From contig JABTUN010000003.1 in NCBI GenBank assembly GCA_015075365.1, forward strand, positions 601,060 to 665,059: a stretch of 64,000 nucleotides of DNA. The letters run 5' to 3'. The notes below the pieces were generated by a model that saw nothing but the letters and a program-made list of their open reading frames with translations, made no database searches and was not told where the DNA came from. Each line of letters opens with the position of its first letter. Position 1 is the first letter of the stretch. Shown here in pieces: positions 47,966 through 57,803 of this stretch. Position numbers and translations under genes: made by a program. Source of the stretch: Verrucomicrobiaceae bacterium. GTDB taxonomy: Bacteria; Verrucomicrobiota; Verrucomicrobiia; Verrucomicrobiales; Verrucomicrobiaceae.

Positions 47966-48820
47966 ATGAGTCAGGATTCAAAAATCAGCAGTCCCACCAT
48001 GCGGCGGCTTGTCGTCATCCTCGCGCTCGGCTCCGCGCTCATCGGCGCGGCACGGCTGGATGCCCTCCACCCGCTTCATGTCTATCTCGCCTGTGTCATG
48101 CAACGACTGACCACCCTGCCTTACTCCCTGCCCTACCCCGCGCCGCCGCCGCATGACCAGTGGCGCTCCATGCCGGCCTCGGAGCGTCTTGCGGACACGC
48201 GCCGCCGCCTGCTGCCGAAATTGCACGAGGAACTCGCTCAAAAACAGCTCCGGCTCGGCCAGCCTGCCTTCATCCGCATCTTCAAGCAGTCCCGCGAGCT
48301 TGAACTATGGCTGCGTGATGCCTCCAGCGTGTGGAAACGCTTCCGTACCTACCCCATCGCCACCTTTTCCGGCTTCCTCGGCCCCAAGCAACGTGAAGGA
48401 GACATGCAGGCACCCGAGGGCTTCTACGCGGTCACGCGCCAGTTGCTCAATCCCGCCAGCAGCTACCATCTCGCCTTCAACATCGGCTACCCCAACGCCT
48501 ACGACCGCCATCATCAGCGCACCGGCAGCCTCATCATGGTGCATGGGAACGAGGTCAGCGTCGGCTGCTTTGCCATGACCGATCCGCTGATCGAGGAGAT
48601 CTACCTCGTCATCGCCTCCGCCCTCGAAAACGGCCAGCCGCAGGTGCCCGTGCACAGTTTTCCCTTTCGCATGACCGGTGAGCGCATGGATCAGGCGCGC
48701 GCTGAAAACAGCGCGTGGCTGCCCTTTTGGGAAAATCTGCGCCAAGGCCATGATCTCTTCGAAAAGCGCCGCCAACCGCCCCAAACAAGCGTCATCGACG
48801 GCCGCTACCATTTTGACTGA
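47966..48820 (+). CDS. L,D-transpeptidase-fold protein (YafK/DpaA-like)
   Basis: FIRIFKQSRELELW, GPKQREGDMQAPEGFY, GYPNAYD, IMVHGNEVSVGCFAM (His/Cys catalytic). Confidence 0.88.
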   Translation: MSQDSKISSPTMRRLVVILALGSALIGAARLDALHPLHVYLACVMQRLTTLPYSLPYPAPPPHDQWRSMPASERLADTRRRLLPKLHEELAQKQLRLGQPAFIRIFKQSRELELWLRDASSVWKRFRTYPIATFSGFLGPKQREGDMQAPEGFYAVTRQLLNPASSYHLAFNIGYPNAYDRHHQRTGSLIMVHGNEVSVGCFAMTDPLIEEIYLVIASALENGQPQVPVHSFPFRMTGERMDQARAENSAWLPFWENLRQGHDLFEKRRQPPQTSVIDGRYHFD

Positions 48821-48875
48821 TCCGTCCGCGACCGCCGTTTTTTGCATTCCCACGCTCTCTGCGCTAAAAACCTTC

Positions 48876-50021
48876 ATGCCCGACCTCTCCGCCGACGAAC
48901 TGCGCCGCTACGCGCGACACCTCGCCATTCCCGAATTCGGGATCGCAGGCCAGCGCCGGTTGAAAGCCGCGCGCGTGCTTTGCATCGGCGCGGGCGGCCT
49001 CGGCTCTCCCATCGCCATGTATCTGGCCGCCGCCGGGGTCGGCTGTCTCGGGCTCGTCGATCCTGATGTCGTCGAGATCACCAATCTCCAGCGCCAGATC
49101 CTCTTCGGGGAGAAAGACCTCGGCAAAAAGAAGCTCGATGCCGCGCGGGATCGCCTGCTGGACATCAATCCACACCTCAACGTGCAGGTTTATGCGGAAC
49201 GCTTCAGCGCGCACAACGCCATGCGCATCGCCGCGGACTACGATGTCATCATCGACGGCACGGACAACTTCCCCACCCGCTACCTCAGCAATGACGTGGC
49301 CGTGTGGCTGAAAAAGCCCAACGTCTATGGCAGCATCCTGCGCTTTGACGGCCAGGTGGGCGTCTTCGCGCCTCATCTCGGCGCGCCTTGCTACCGCTGC
49401 ATGTGCCCGCAGCCTCCACCGCCCGGCTTGGTGCCCTCCTGCGCCGAAGGAGGCGTGCTTGGCGTGTTGCCCGGCCTCATCGGCACCATGCAGGCGCTGG
49501 AGGCCATCAAGCTCATCACCGGCATCGGCCAGCCCTTGCTCGGCAGACTGCTTCACCTCGACACCCTCAGCATGCGCTTCCGCACGCTCAATCTGCGCCG
49601 CGATCCGGACTGCCCCGTCTGCGGCGATTCTCCCACCATCACCCAACCCATCGACTATGAGGGCTTCTGCGGCATTTCCCACACGCCTGCGGCGGCACCC
49701 GATGTTCCAGCCATGACCGTTCACGAACTCAAACAACTCCGCGATGCCGGAGACGACCATTTCCTCCTCGACGTGCGCGAACCGCACGAGCAGGCCATCT
49801 GCCGCATCGCCGGAGCCACCCTCATTCCCCTCGGCGATCTCGAAAACCGCGTCGCCGAGCTGCCCAAGGGCAAACGCATCCTCGTACACTGCAAAAGCGG
49901 CGGACGCAGCGCCCGCGCTGTCACCAAGCTGCGCGAACTCGGCTTCAACGACGCCTGGAACATCTCCGGCGGCATTATCGCCTGGGCCCGCGAGATCGAT
50001 CCAACCATGGCCGAATACTGA
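48876..50021 (+). CDS. moeB: MoeB/MoeZ adenylyltransferase with C-terminal rhodanese domain
   Basis: RYARHL, IGAGGLGSP, NLQRQI, DGTDNFPTRY, CYRC..CPVC, rhodanese HCKSGGRS. Confidence 0.92.
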   Translation: MPDLSADELRRYARHLAIPEFGIAGQRRLKAARVLCIGAGGLGSPIAMYLAAAGVGCLGLVDPDVVEITNLQRQILFGEKDLGKKKLDAARDRLLDINPHLNVQVYAERFSAHNAMRIAADYDVIIDGTDNFPTRYLSNDVAVWLKKPNVYGSILRFDGQVGVFAPHLGAPCYRCMCPQPPPPGLVPSCAEGGVLGVLPGLIGTMQALEAIKLITGIGQPLLGRLLHLDTLSMRFRTLNLRRDPDCPVCGDSPTITQPIDYEGFCGISHTPAAAPDVPAMTVHELKQLRDAGDDHFLLDVREPHEQAICRIAGATLIPLGDLENRVAELPKGKRILVHCKSGGRSARAVTKLRELGFNDAWNISGGIIAWAREIDPTMAEY

Positions 50022-50215
50022 TGCGTGACGACTCCTGGCTCGAAGACTTCCTTCCCCTGATGCGCTGCCCGGACACGCATCAGCCGCTGCGCCGTGCCAC
50101 AGCGGAGGAATGTGCCAGACATGACGTCTCCTCTGCGCTGGCAACCCAGGACGGCTCCCGCGTCTTTGTCATCGACAACGGCATTCCGATCCTGCTCCCA
50201 GCTTCAACGAAGTAG
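50021..50215 (+). CDS. Trm112-like small protein
   Basis: LMRCPDTHQPL..FVIDNGIPILL, 64 aa, coupled to the moeB stop codon. Confidence 0.75.
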   Translation: MRDDSWLEDFLPLMRCPDTHQPLRRATAEECARHDVSSALATQDGSRVFVIDNGIPILLPASTK

Positions 50216-50590
50216 CATCTCCACCACCGGCACATCCGCCGGCGCGAGTTCAAAGCCGCCCAAATCGACCGGCGAGACCCACGCAAGTTCCGAATGCTCA
50301 TGCGGATGCGGTTCCACGCCTCCGTCCACGAGTTCGCACACAAACGGGATCAATCGAATCACGCCCCAGTCATACGCATGCTCGCAGGGATCGAGTTTTT
50401 CGATGACGCGCACCTCGCAGCCCAGTTCCTCTTTCAACTCGCGATGCAGCGCCGCCTCCGGAGCCTCACCAGGCTCCACCTTGCCGCCCGGAAACTCCCA
50501 CAGCCCTCCCAGGCGCTTCCCCTCCGGCCGTTTGGCGATCATGACCGTCCCGCCGCGCTTCAAAATGGCACATACAACATCCACACACAT
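50204..50590 (-). CDS. NUDIX hydrolase (MutT/NudG-like)
   Basis: WEFPGGKVEPGEAPEAALHRELKEELG Nudix box. Confidence 0.92.
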   Translation of the reverse strand: MCVDVVCAILKRGGTVMIAKRPEGKRLGGLWEFPGGKVEPGEAPEAALHRELKEELGCEVRVIEKLDPCEHAYDWGVIRLIPFVCELVDGGVEPHPHEHSELAWVSPVDLGGFELAPADVPVVEMLLR

Positions 50591-50806
50591 GCGCCGACTC
50601 TGCCAGCGCCACGCCTGAACGCAAGAGGGCCGGGCGGCTCCCGATTCCGCCCGGCCCCGTCGTTGCTTTTGGGCATCAACCCTCAACAGGTTAACAACCA
50701 ATCACTCTCAAGACCCAGCAACCGCGGACTTGCGCCCGCAATCACTGTTGAGGCATTAGATTCGGCTCCCAAAAGGCCGTTCAAATCCGCTGAATTTTTT
50801 TTCGCG

Positions 50807-51553
50807 TCACCAAAACCCCCACAGGCCGGTCTTCATCACATAAACACCCAGCAGCAGGTTTCCGACCGCGTGCATCACCACGCAGGCCCCCAGACTCCTC
50901 GTCCGCACGGCCAGATAATACATCAGCGCCCCCCAGACGAAGGCTCCCGGCCAGTCCGCCGTGTTGTGGATCGTTATCACCGCCAGTGTCACAATCCAGA
51001 ACACATGCCGGCGGTGCGTGCCGAAGGGGATGCTCTGAAACGGCCGGTCCTGATCCACCAGGAAGCGCATCAAAAAGCCGCGCCAGAACAGCTCCTCCGC
51101 AAATGGCACGATGACGACCATGCGCGCGAAACGCATCGCCACCGTGGCTTCGAAACCCCAGGGCGTTTCCTTGCCCGCCGTCGGATCAAAGCCCTTCACG
51201 CGCTCCGCCAGACCCAGCCAGTCCCACCAGCCTTGGGGTTCAAATCCCCGCTCGATCAGCACGCCTCGCAGCATCGCCGGCAGCACCCAGAAACCGATCC
51301 CAACCACCGCAAAGACCACCGCCATGCCAAGTCCGCGCCACGGAGCCAGCGTGTAGTGTTTGCGGAAAAACAGCAGCAACCACGCGCACAGCAGCATCTG
51401 CGCCGGATACACCCACAGTTCCGGCATCCGCACATGCCAGGGCAGCTCCGGGTTCTCAATCTTGAACCATCCCGGCACCGACAGCATCGCCGTGAAGACA
51501 GCCAGCGGCATGATGTGCGCGGCGACAGGCGATTCGCGGAGGTTTTTGAGCAT
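50807..51553 (-). CDS. CAAX prenyl protease-related (CPBP/Abi) membrane protein
   Basis: VPFAEELFWRGFL, HN..DWP, VVMHAVGNLLL motifs and multiple TM helices. Confidence 0.88.
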   Translation of the reverse strand: MLKNLRESPVAAHIMPLAVFTAMLSVPGWFKIENPELPWHVRMPELWVYPAQMLLCAWLLLFFRKHYTLAPWRGLGMAVVFAVVGIGFWVLPAMLRGVLIERGFEPQGWWDWLGLAERVKGFDPTAGKETPWGFEATVAMRFARMVVIVPFAEELFWRGFLMRFLVDQDRPFQSIPFGTHRRHVFWIVTLAVITIHNTADWPGAFVWGALMYYLAVRTRSLGACVVMHAVGNLLLGVYVMKTGLWGFW

Positions 51554-52905
51554 CAGTAGCGGCGGAGTTTGCCGCTGGCGGTCAGCGGCAGTTCGGAGAC
51601 AAACGAAAACGTGAGAGGCACCTTGTAGGCCGAGAGACGCTGCTGGCAACGTTTCTTCAAATCACCTGCCAGTGACGATTCCGCCCCTTTTTCCGCGATC
51701 ACCTCCGCCACCGGCACCCAGCCCAGCGCCGGATGCGCGCGCCCGCTCACCCGCGCGGCCTTCACCGCCGGGTGTGACTTTAAAACTGCCTCCACCTCCT
51801 CCGGGAAGCACTTCATGCCGCCCACATTGATCACGCTGCGCACGCGGCCCTTCAAAAACAGGCAGCCCTCCGCGTCCACTTCCGCGATGTCGCCCGTCGG
51901 CAGCCATCCATCGCGCAAAACGGCCTCGCGCGGCTGCCAGGGGCTCAAATACGCGTCGAACAGGCCCGGCCCGCGGATCATGAGTTCGCCATCATCGAGC
52001 TTCACTTCAAAACTCGGCAGCGGTTTGCCAATCGACGCCGGCTTCTCCGCCGCGTGCTCCAGATTCAAGATCGGGAGCCCCGCCTCGATGATGCCCATGC
52101 CCTGCGTCAGATGCAGGCCTGTCTTCAGACGAAACAACTCGGCCACCTCCGTGCTGAGGGCGAAGGCCGTGCTCACCGCCAGCCGCAGCGATCCGAGCGC
52201 ATCCGCGTCCGGTTGACCGGCCAGCATCGCGTAGTGATACGGCGAGCCATACATCACCGTCGCGGCGTGCTCACGCGCCAGCCGCAACATCACCGCCGGA
52301 TCGCTCGCTGGCGCCAGGATCGTCGTCGCACCGTGATACAGGTACAAAATGATCGAGACCGCAAAGTGATGCGCCATCGGCAGCACCCACAGCACGCGGT
52401 CTTCTTTGCCGATGCGCAGCCCCTCATTCGCCGCCGTGATCCGCGCCAGCAGTGTCTCATGCGTGATCAAGACGCCCTTTGACCGCGCTGTCGTTCCCGA
52501 ACTGAAGCGGATGAAGGCCGCGTTCAGCCCCCATGGCATCTCAGGCGGCGATTGCGCCTCAAGAATCCATTCCTCCGCGTTCTTGACGGTCAGCACCGCA
52601 TGCAGGGCCGTGCGACCGATCAGTTCGCTCTGCTCAGACTCGGTCAGTTCCTGTGGGATCGGCACAAAACAGGCCCCGGCCTTCAGAATCGCCAGCGCCA
52701 GCACGATGTAGTCCGCGCCGCTTGGCGCGCGGAGACCGATGCGCGGCCTCTCGACGCCTCGCGGCCAGCTCGCATCGCAGCGGAAAGCATACTCGCACTC
52801 CAGCATCCGCGCGTGCAACCCCGCATAGCTCAATCCGCCATCAGGGCTCACAATCGCCATCTCCGGGCCGTGGTTCCGCTCGAAAATCAAATCCACGATG
52901 TTCAT
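51553..52905 (-). CDS. AMP-forming acyl-CoA ligase family enzyme
   Basis: FSSGTTARSKGV, WLPTGDI, GRVRSVINVGGMKCFPEEVE, TASGKL. Confidence 0.9.
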   Translation of the reverse strand: MNIVDLIFERNHGPEMAIVSPDGGLSYAGLHARMLECEYAFRCDASWPRGVERPRIGLRAPSGADYIVLALAILKAGACFVPIPQELTESEQSELIGRTALHAVLTVKNAEEWILEAQSPPEMPWGLNAAFIRFSSGTTARSKGVLITHETLLARITAANEGLRIGKEDRVLWVLPMAHHFAVSIILYLYHGATTILAPASDPAVMLRLAREHAATVMYGSPYHYAMLAGQPDADALGSLRLAVSTAFALSTEVAELFRLKTGLHLTQGMGIIEAGLPILNLEHAAEKPASIGKPLPSFEVKLDDGELMIRGPGLFDAYLSPWQPREAVLRDGWLPTGDIAEVDAEGCLFLKGRVRSVINVGGMKCFPEEVEAVLKSHPAVKAARVSGRAHPALGWVPVAEVIAEKGAESSLAGDLKKRCQQRLSAYKVPLTFSFVSELPLTASGKLRRY

Positions 52906-54149
52906 GCCAGTCGCGCCCGCACCTCCCGCGCCAGTTCGCTCGTGTCAGCCATGCCCAGTGCCGCCGCGATGCCCGCCGCCTGTCCCGTGGCCAGTGCCAT
53001 GCCCATCACCCGCGTGCTCGCCTGCGCACGATGCGTCGTCGAAATGCACCGCCCCGCCGTGAACACGTTCCGCAGATTCTTCGCACGCAAAACACCCAGC
53101 GGAATCCCGCAGGGCCGCGAATCACGCGGATAAATCAGCTTCGGCCCGCGCGCCGTTTCGCGCAGTTCCATCGGCCACGTTGCCCTCGCCACATCGAGAT
53201 CGCTTTCTCGGCTCGCCAGCAAGTCATCTTCAGCCAAAAGGGCCTCGCCAAGCCAGCGCCGGCTCTCACGAATGCCCGCGCGAGCCGGAAGCGACACGAC
53301 CTCCGCATTCGCAAACGCGGCATGACGACCGCGCAGCGCCTTCACGACCGCAAACGCCGTCTCGCGGCCCAAAATCTCGATCCGCGTCAAATCCGCCGCC
53401 TGCGTGCTGTCACAGTCGTCCGGCAGATCAATTGTCATGAACACACTTCCGTCCACCGAGGCTCGCAAATGCGTTCCAAGCGCCGCATTCGTCAATTCAC
53501 CTGCCTTCACCGCCTGCGCGATGCATCCGGCGATTTGCAGCGGCGCATCCCCCTCCAGCGAACCCACGCCCCCCAATGCCACGACATACGCCGTGCGCTG
53601 CATTTCCGTCGTGGCGGCAGCCCCAAAGGTCTGCGCGGTCAATGCCGCCAGCACCGCATCGCCGCTGGCATCCACCACCGCACGTGGATGCACGTTTTGC
53701 GTCGAACCACGGCAAAACAGGCTCAATTCCGTCACGCGATCCCCTTCCACACGCGCCGCCATCACCTGCGTGTGCAGGAGCACCGTCAGATTCGGCTCCG
53801 CCGCGCACCATCGGTCATAAAACGCCGCCAGCCGCGCGGGCGAGTGCATCAGCACATCCACACGTCCCATGCGACGACGCTCGCCGATGCCTTCCACGCG
53901 CAGTTTCTGCTCCAACTCCGCCGGCAGGCCTGCGTTCGCGATTTTCGGCTCGCCATCCGCCAGTTCATACAGTCCGCAAAACGAATGCACGAGCGATGCC
54001 GTGCCCGCGCCGCCGAGAAAGCCAAAATGCTCCACCAGCAGCGTCTTCGCGCCCTGCCGCGCCGCCGCGACCGCCGCCGCCACGCCTGCGCTGCCACCAC
54101 CGATGATCACGACATCGGGTTGGTTGGGAAATGCGGCTGGCTTTGGCAT
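52902..54149 (-). CDS. FAD-dependent oxidoreductase
   Basis: DVVIIGGGSAGVAAA, LGGAGT, VDASGDA, GIRESRR, AGRCIS, GQAAGIAAAL. Confidence 0.88.
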   Translation of the reverse strand: MPKPAAFPNQPDVVIIGGGSAGVAAAVAAARQGAKTLLVEHFGFLGGAGTASLVHSFCGLYELADGEPKIANAGLPAELEQKLRVEGIGERRRMGRVDVLMHSPARLAAFYDRWCAAEPNLTVLLHTQVMAARVEGDRVTELSLFCRGSTQNVHPRAVVDASGDAVLAALTAQTFGAAATTEMQRTAYVVALGGVGSLEGDAPLQIAGCIAQAVKAGELTNAALGTHLRASVDGSVFMTIDLPDDCDSTQAADLTRIEILGRETAFAVVKALRGRHAAFANAEVVSLPARAGIRESRRWLGEALLAEDDLLASRESDLDVARATWPMELRETARGPKLIYPRDSRPCGIPLGVLRAKNLRNVFTAGRCISTTHRAQASTRVMGMALATGQAAGIAAALGMADTSELAREVRARLA

Positions 54150-54171
54150 GCATCCCACGCATTGGCGAAAG

Positions 54172-54825
54172 TCACGCCCCGCGCAAGTCAGGCGATTCAA
54201 CCGTGATCCTGCCCGTCACCATCCGCAGTCTCACGGAGGCCAGTTCCTGCGCCTCCGCCGTGGAATGCGTCACATGCAGCACCGTGAGCGCATGCTGCTG
54301 TTGCAGGCGCTTCAGCATCGCGCTCGCCTCGCCGCGCATGGCCTCGTCAAGCGCGGAGAGCGGCTCGTCGAGCAGTAACAGCCGGGGTTCTGCCGCCAGC
54401 GCGCGCGCCAGGGCCACGCGCTGCTTTTCACCGCCGGACAATCCATCAGGCAGCCGGTCCAGCAGCGCGGCGATGTTCAATTCCTCCGCCAGTTCCTTCA
54501 CGCGTGCCCCAGCAGGCTTTCCACGCAGCTTGAGGGCGAAACCGATCTGCTCCCGCACTCGCAGCCCTGGAAACAGTGCCAGATCCTGCGGCACATAGCC
54601 GATGCCGCGCTCGCGTGGCTCCAGATCGGTCACGTCCACCTCGTCCAGCCACACACGGCCGCGCGTCGGCCGGCGCAGCCCGCACAGGATCTCCAGCAGC
54701 GTCGTCTTGCCGCAGCCTGTCGATCCCATCAGCACCGCGTAGCTGCCGCTGGCGATCTCGAGCGTCACGTCATCAAGAATGATGCGTTCTCCGCTGCTCC
54801 AGGAGATGTTTTCGAGGCGGATCAT
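54172..54825 (-). CDS. ABC transporter ATP-binding protein (ModC/CysA-like)
   Basis: GSTGCGKTT, LSGGEKQR, LLLDEP. Confidence 0.92.
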   Translation of the reverse strand: MIRLENISWSSGERIILDDVTLEIASGSYAVLMGSTGCGKTTLLEILCGLRRPTRGRVWLDEVDVTDLEPRERGIGYVPQDLALFPGLRVREQIGFALKLRGKPAGARVKELAEELNIAALLDRLPDGLSGGEKQRVALARALAAEPRLLLLDEPLSALDEAMRGEASAMLKRLQQQHALTVLHVTHSTAEAQELASVRLRMVTGRITVESPDLRGA

Positions 54826-55616
54826 AGTTTTTCCCCTGTGGAGCGCACAACGACGAGCACGAGGACCGCCATCGCCACCATCAACAAGCTCACCGCCACG
54901 GCGGCTTCGAGGTTACCCACGCTCAATTCCAGCCACACCGTCGTCGGCAGCACCTCCGTCTTCATCCGCGTGGCCCCGGCGAAGACAAGGATCGGCCCAA
55001 ACTCGCCCAAGCTCCGTGCCCAGGCGATGCAAAACGCCGCCACCATGCCGCGCCGTGCCGCAGGCAGCGCCACATGCCACAGCGCCTGGAAGCGCGTGCA
55101 TCCCAGCGTCAGCGCCACCTCCTCCGGCCGTGGTGAGAGATGATCAAACGTCCCGCGCATCGTGCGGATCGCAAACGACGCCGCCACCACGAACTGCGCC
55201 AGCACCACGCCGCTGACCGTGTAGGTGAAGGCCCACACGCTTTCGATCTGCTTGCCCATCCATGTCTGAAAAAAGATCAGCAGACACAGCCCCACCACTA
55301 ATGGCGGCAGGATGATCGGAATGTCCAGCGCCGCGTCCAGCCAGGACTTTCCACGAAACGTACGTCGCGACATCAAATACCCCACCGGCACCGCCAGCAA
55401 CACCGCGAACCCGGCCGCCGCCGTGCAGGAGAGGAGGCTCAGCCACGTCGCTTGCCGGATCTCCGGCGACTTCAACACCCGCAGCCACGAGTCAGGGGTC
55501 GAATACGTCGCTGTCGCCCCCAGCAGCAGCAGCCAGAACACCACATATCCCGCGGTGATGATCGCGAGGGCCAGCCAGCAGGCATTGGAGCGGTTGAGGC
55601 GCATGAAGTGGCGCAT
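54822..55616 (-). CDS. ABC transporter permease (ModB/WtpB-like)
   Basis: DIPIILPPLVVG, EEVALTLG (EAA-like loop), WARSLGEFG. Start is 55616 or 55604. Confidence 0.88.
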   Translation of the reverse strand: MRHFMRLNRSNACWLALAIITAGYVVFWLLLLGATATYSTPDSWLRVLKSPEIRQATWLSLLSCTAAAGFAVLLAVPVGYLMSRRTFRGKSWLDAALDIPIILPPLVVGLCLLIFFQTWMGKQIESVWAFTYTVSGVVLAQFVVAASFAIRTMRGTFDHLSPRPEEVALTLGCTRFQALWHVALPAARRGMVAAFCIAWARSLGEFGPILVFAGATRMKTEVLPTTVWLELSVGNLEAAVAVSLLMVAMAVLVLVVVRSTGEKL

Positions 55617-55697
55617 AGAGGAGCGGAAACACGATCGCGCAATCATCCATGCATGCCTCGCACGATTCCCCACCGCAACTCCGTACCGCACCACTGC

Positions 55698-57038
55698 ATG
55701 AAACACCTCCTTGTCTGCTCCTGGGTCATATTCACCTCATCAGGCTTCGCCTGGCAGGCTGGCGCGGCGAAGGCGGACATCACGCCGACGGAATCGGTGC
55801 CGCTGGCCGGTTACGGCGGCAAAACGCGCATGTCACAGCGGGTGGAGCATCCGATCTGGCTGAAGGCGCTGGCGCTCAAAGATGATGCGGGTGCGACTTC
55901 GGTGCTGGTGACGGCGGATTTGGTGGGTTTGAGCGACAAGATGATCGCGGTGATCGCCAAGAATGCGCTGGAGAAGCATGGCGTGATTCGGGAGCGGCTG
56001 ATCTTGAACACCTCGCACAATCACTCGTGCCCCGTGACGGAGGATGTGTTGTGGTTGTATTATGAATTCACGCCGGAGGAGGCTGCAGCAAAGGATCGCT
56101 ACACGGCCATGGTCTATGCGAAATATGATGAGGTGATCGGCGAGGCGATCGCGAATGTCGCGCCCGCCGAACTCGCGTTTGAGCAAGGATTGGCCGGTGT
56201 GGCAGTGAATCGTCGTCGTTCGCGTGGTCCGGAGAGCCGCAAGCTGGGCAACCAGGTCGATCAGGATGTGCCGGTGATCACGGTGAAGAGCGGAAATGAG
56301 CTCAAGGCCGTCGTTTTCGGTTATTCGTGCCACACCACGGCGCTGGGCGGTTTGAGCATCAATGGCGACTACGCGGGGTTCGCGCAGTTGGAGCTGGAGA
56401 AGTCGTTTCCGGGCTCCGTGGCCATGTTTGTGCAGAATTGCGGCGGCGATGCGAATCCACTGCCGCGCATTCGCGGGAAGGATGTCGAGGCGACCGAACT
56501 GGCGGCGATGTACGGCAGGATTTTGGCCGAAGCGGTGCGCCAGGTCATTGCAGGCACGATGAAACCGCTCGGCGGGCCGATTCGCGCGGCGATGGGCGAG
56601 ACGGAGCTGGAATTGCAGCCAGGCATTCCGCTCGAAGAATTGAAACAGCGCCTTCCGAACCTCAGCGGCATGCCGAAACGCGAGTTCGAGCATTTCATCC
56701 GCCAATACGAGACGCTCGGCTCGCCGCCGGATCGTGTGAAGTATCCCGTGCAGGTGTGGCAGTTCGGCCCGGACCTCACGTTCATCGCGCTGACGGGTGA
56801 AACCGTGGTGGATTACTCGCTGAAGTTCAAAGGAGCCTACGGCTGGAACAACACTTGGATCTGCGGTTACAACAACGATTTGCTCAGCTATGTGCCGAGC
56901 CTGCGTGTGCTCAAGGAAGGCGGCTACGAAGGCGTGACGGGCATGTTTGAATACGGTCACCGCGCTCCTTACACGGATACGGTGGAGGAACGGATCACAA
57001 CGAAAGTGGAAGAATTGGTGAAGGCGACAGCAAAGTAG
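55698..57038 (+). CDS. Neutral/alkaline ceramidase-like secreted protein
   Basis: GAAKADITP..LAGYG, SHNHSCP, YSCHTT, GGDANP, GYNND..YVPS..EGGYEG. Confidence 0.8.
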   Translation: MKHLLVCSWVIFTSSGFAWQAGAAKADITPTESVPLAGYGGKTRMSQRVEHPIWLKALALKDDAGATSVLVTADLVGLSDKMIAVIAKNALEKHGVIRERLILNTSHNHSCPVTEDVLWLYYEFTPEEAAAKDRYTAMVYAKYDEVIGEAIANVAPAELAFEQGLAGVAVNRRRSRGPESRKLGNQVDQDVPVITVKSGNELKAVVFGYSCHTTALGGLSINGDYAGFAQLELEKSFPGSVAMFVQNCGGDANPLPRIRGKDVEATELAAMYGRILAEAVRQVIAGTMKPLGGPIRAAMGETELELQPGIPLEELKQRLPNLSGMPKREFEHFIRQYETLGSPPDRVKYPVQVWQFGPDLTFIALTGETVVDYSLKFKGAYGWNNTWICGYNNDLLSYVPSLRVLKEGGYEGVTGMFEYGHRAPYTDTVEERITTKVEELVKATAK

Positions 57039-57102
57039 CTTTGTTGCGCCGCAACAAAGGGCCGGACCCAGTTGCGGCGCAACTGGGCAACTCAACGGCT
57101 AC
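57035..57102. repeat. Pair of short palindromes between convergent genes (GTAG REP-like / bidirectional terminator)
   Basis: GTAG-CTTTGTTGC-GCC-GCAACAAAG (57035-57059) and CCCAGTTGC-GGC-GCAACTGGG (57067-57087). Confidence 0.65.
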
Positions 57103-57803
57103 TTCACCACCGGAGCCGTCTGCTCCGGTGTGGCGCGGCCGCCGGGCAGCTCCATGATCTTGATGTTGCGGAAGTGGATCTCAGAGCCTTCGGATTCGAG
57201 GCAGAGGTAACCTTTGCGCACGGTGGACTGGCTGATGCCGTTGACGAACTTGCCGTTGATCGAGAGCTTCACGGTGCCATCGACACACACGACGTCGTAG
57301 GTGTTCCATTCGCCTTTGCCTTTGCAGCGCATCTCCCACGACATGCTGCGGCGGCCGCGTGGATTGTCGGGAACGCCTTCGAGGCCGTTCGCGCCGAAAA
57401 GCTCGCCGGAGACGTAGCCGGGATGATTCGGCTGGCCGTCCTTGGTGGGATGCAGTTTGGGCCATTCGAGTTCGAGCATCTGCACCTCCATGCCCTTCGG
57501 CAGCGGACGGTCGGGCGGCGTGCCGCCCTCGCTCCAGACAAAGACACCGCTGTTGCCACCGGCCTGCATGTGCCGCCACTCGATGTGCAGGATGAAGTTC
57601 TCATACTGCTTCTCGCTGCGCATCACGCCGATGGGCAGGCCTTTGCACACGAGCAGGCCGTCTTTGACGGTCCACGTCTCTTTGCTGGTGTTCACATCCA
57701 CCCAGCCGGTCAAGTCCTTGCCGTTGAAGAGATCGCGCCACTGCGGCACGTCATCGGCGAAGGCGGTGGTGGCGAGGAGGATGGAAATGAGGAGCGGCTT
57801 CAT
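57099..57803 (-). CDS. DUF1080 protein
   Basis: [43 protein letters not shown]. Confidence 0.9.
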   Translation of the reverse strand: MKPLLISILLATTAFADDVPQWRDLFNGKDLTGWVDVNTSKETWTVKDGLLVCKGLPIGVMRSEKQYENFILHIEWRHMQAGGNSGVFVWSEGGTPPDRPLPKGMEVQMLELEWPKLHPTKDGQPNHPGYVSGELFGANGLEGVPDNPRGRRSMSWEMRCKGKGEWNTYDVVCVDGTVKLSINGKFVNGISQSTVRKGYLCLESEGSEIHFRNIKIMELPGGRATPEQTAPVVK

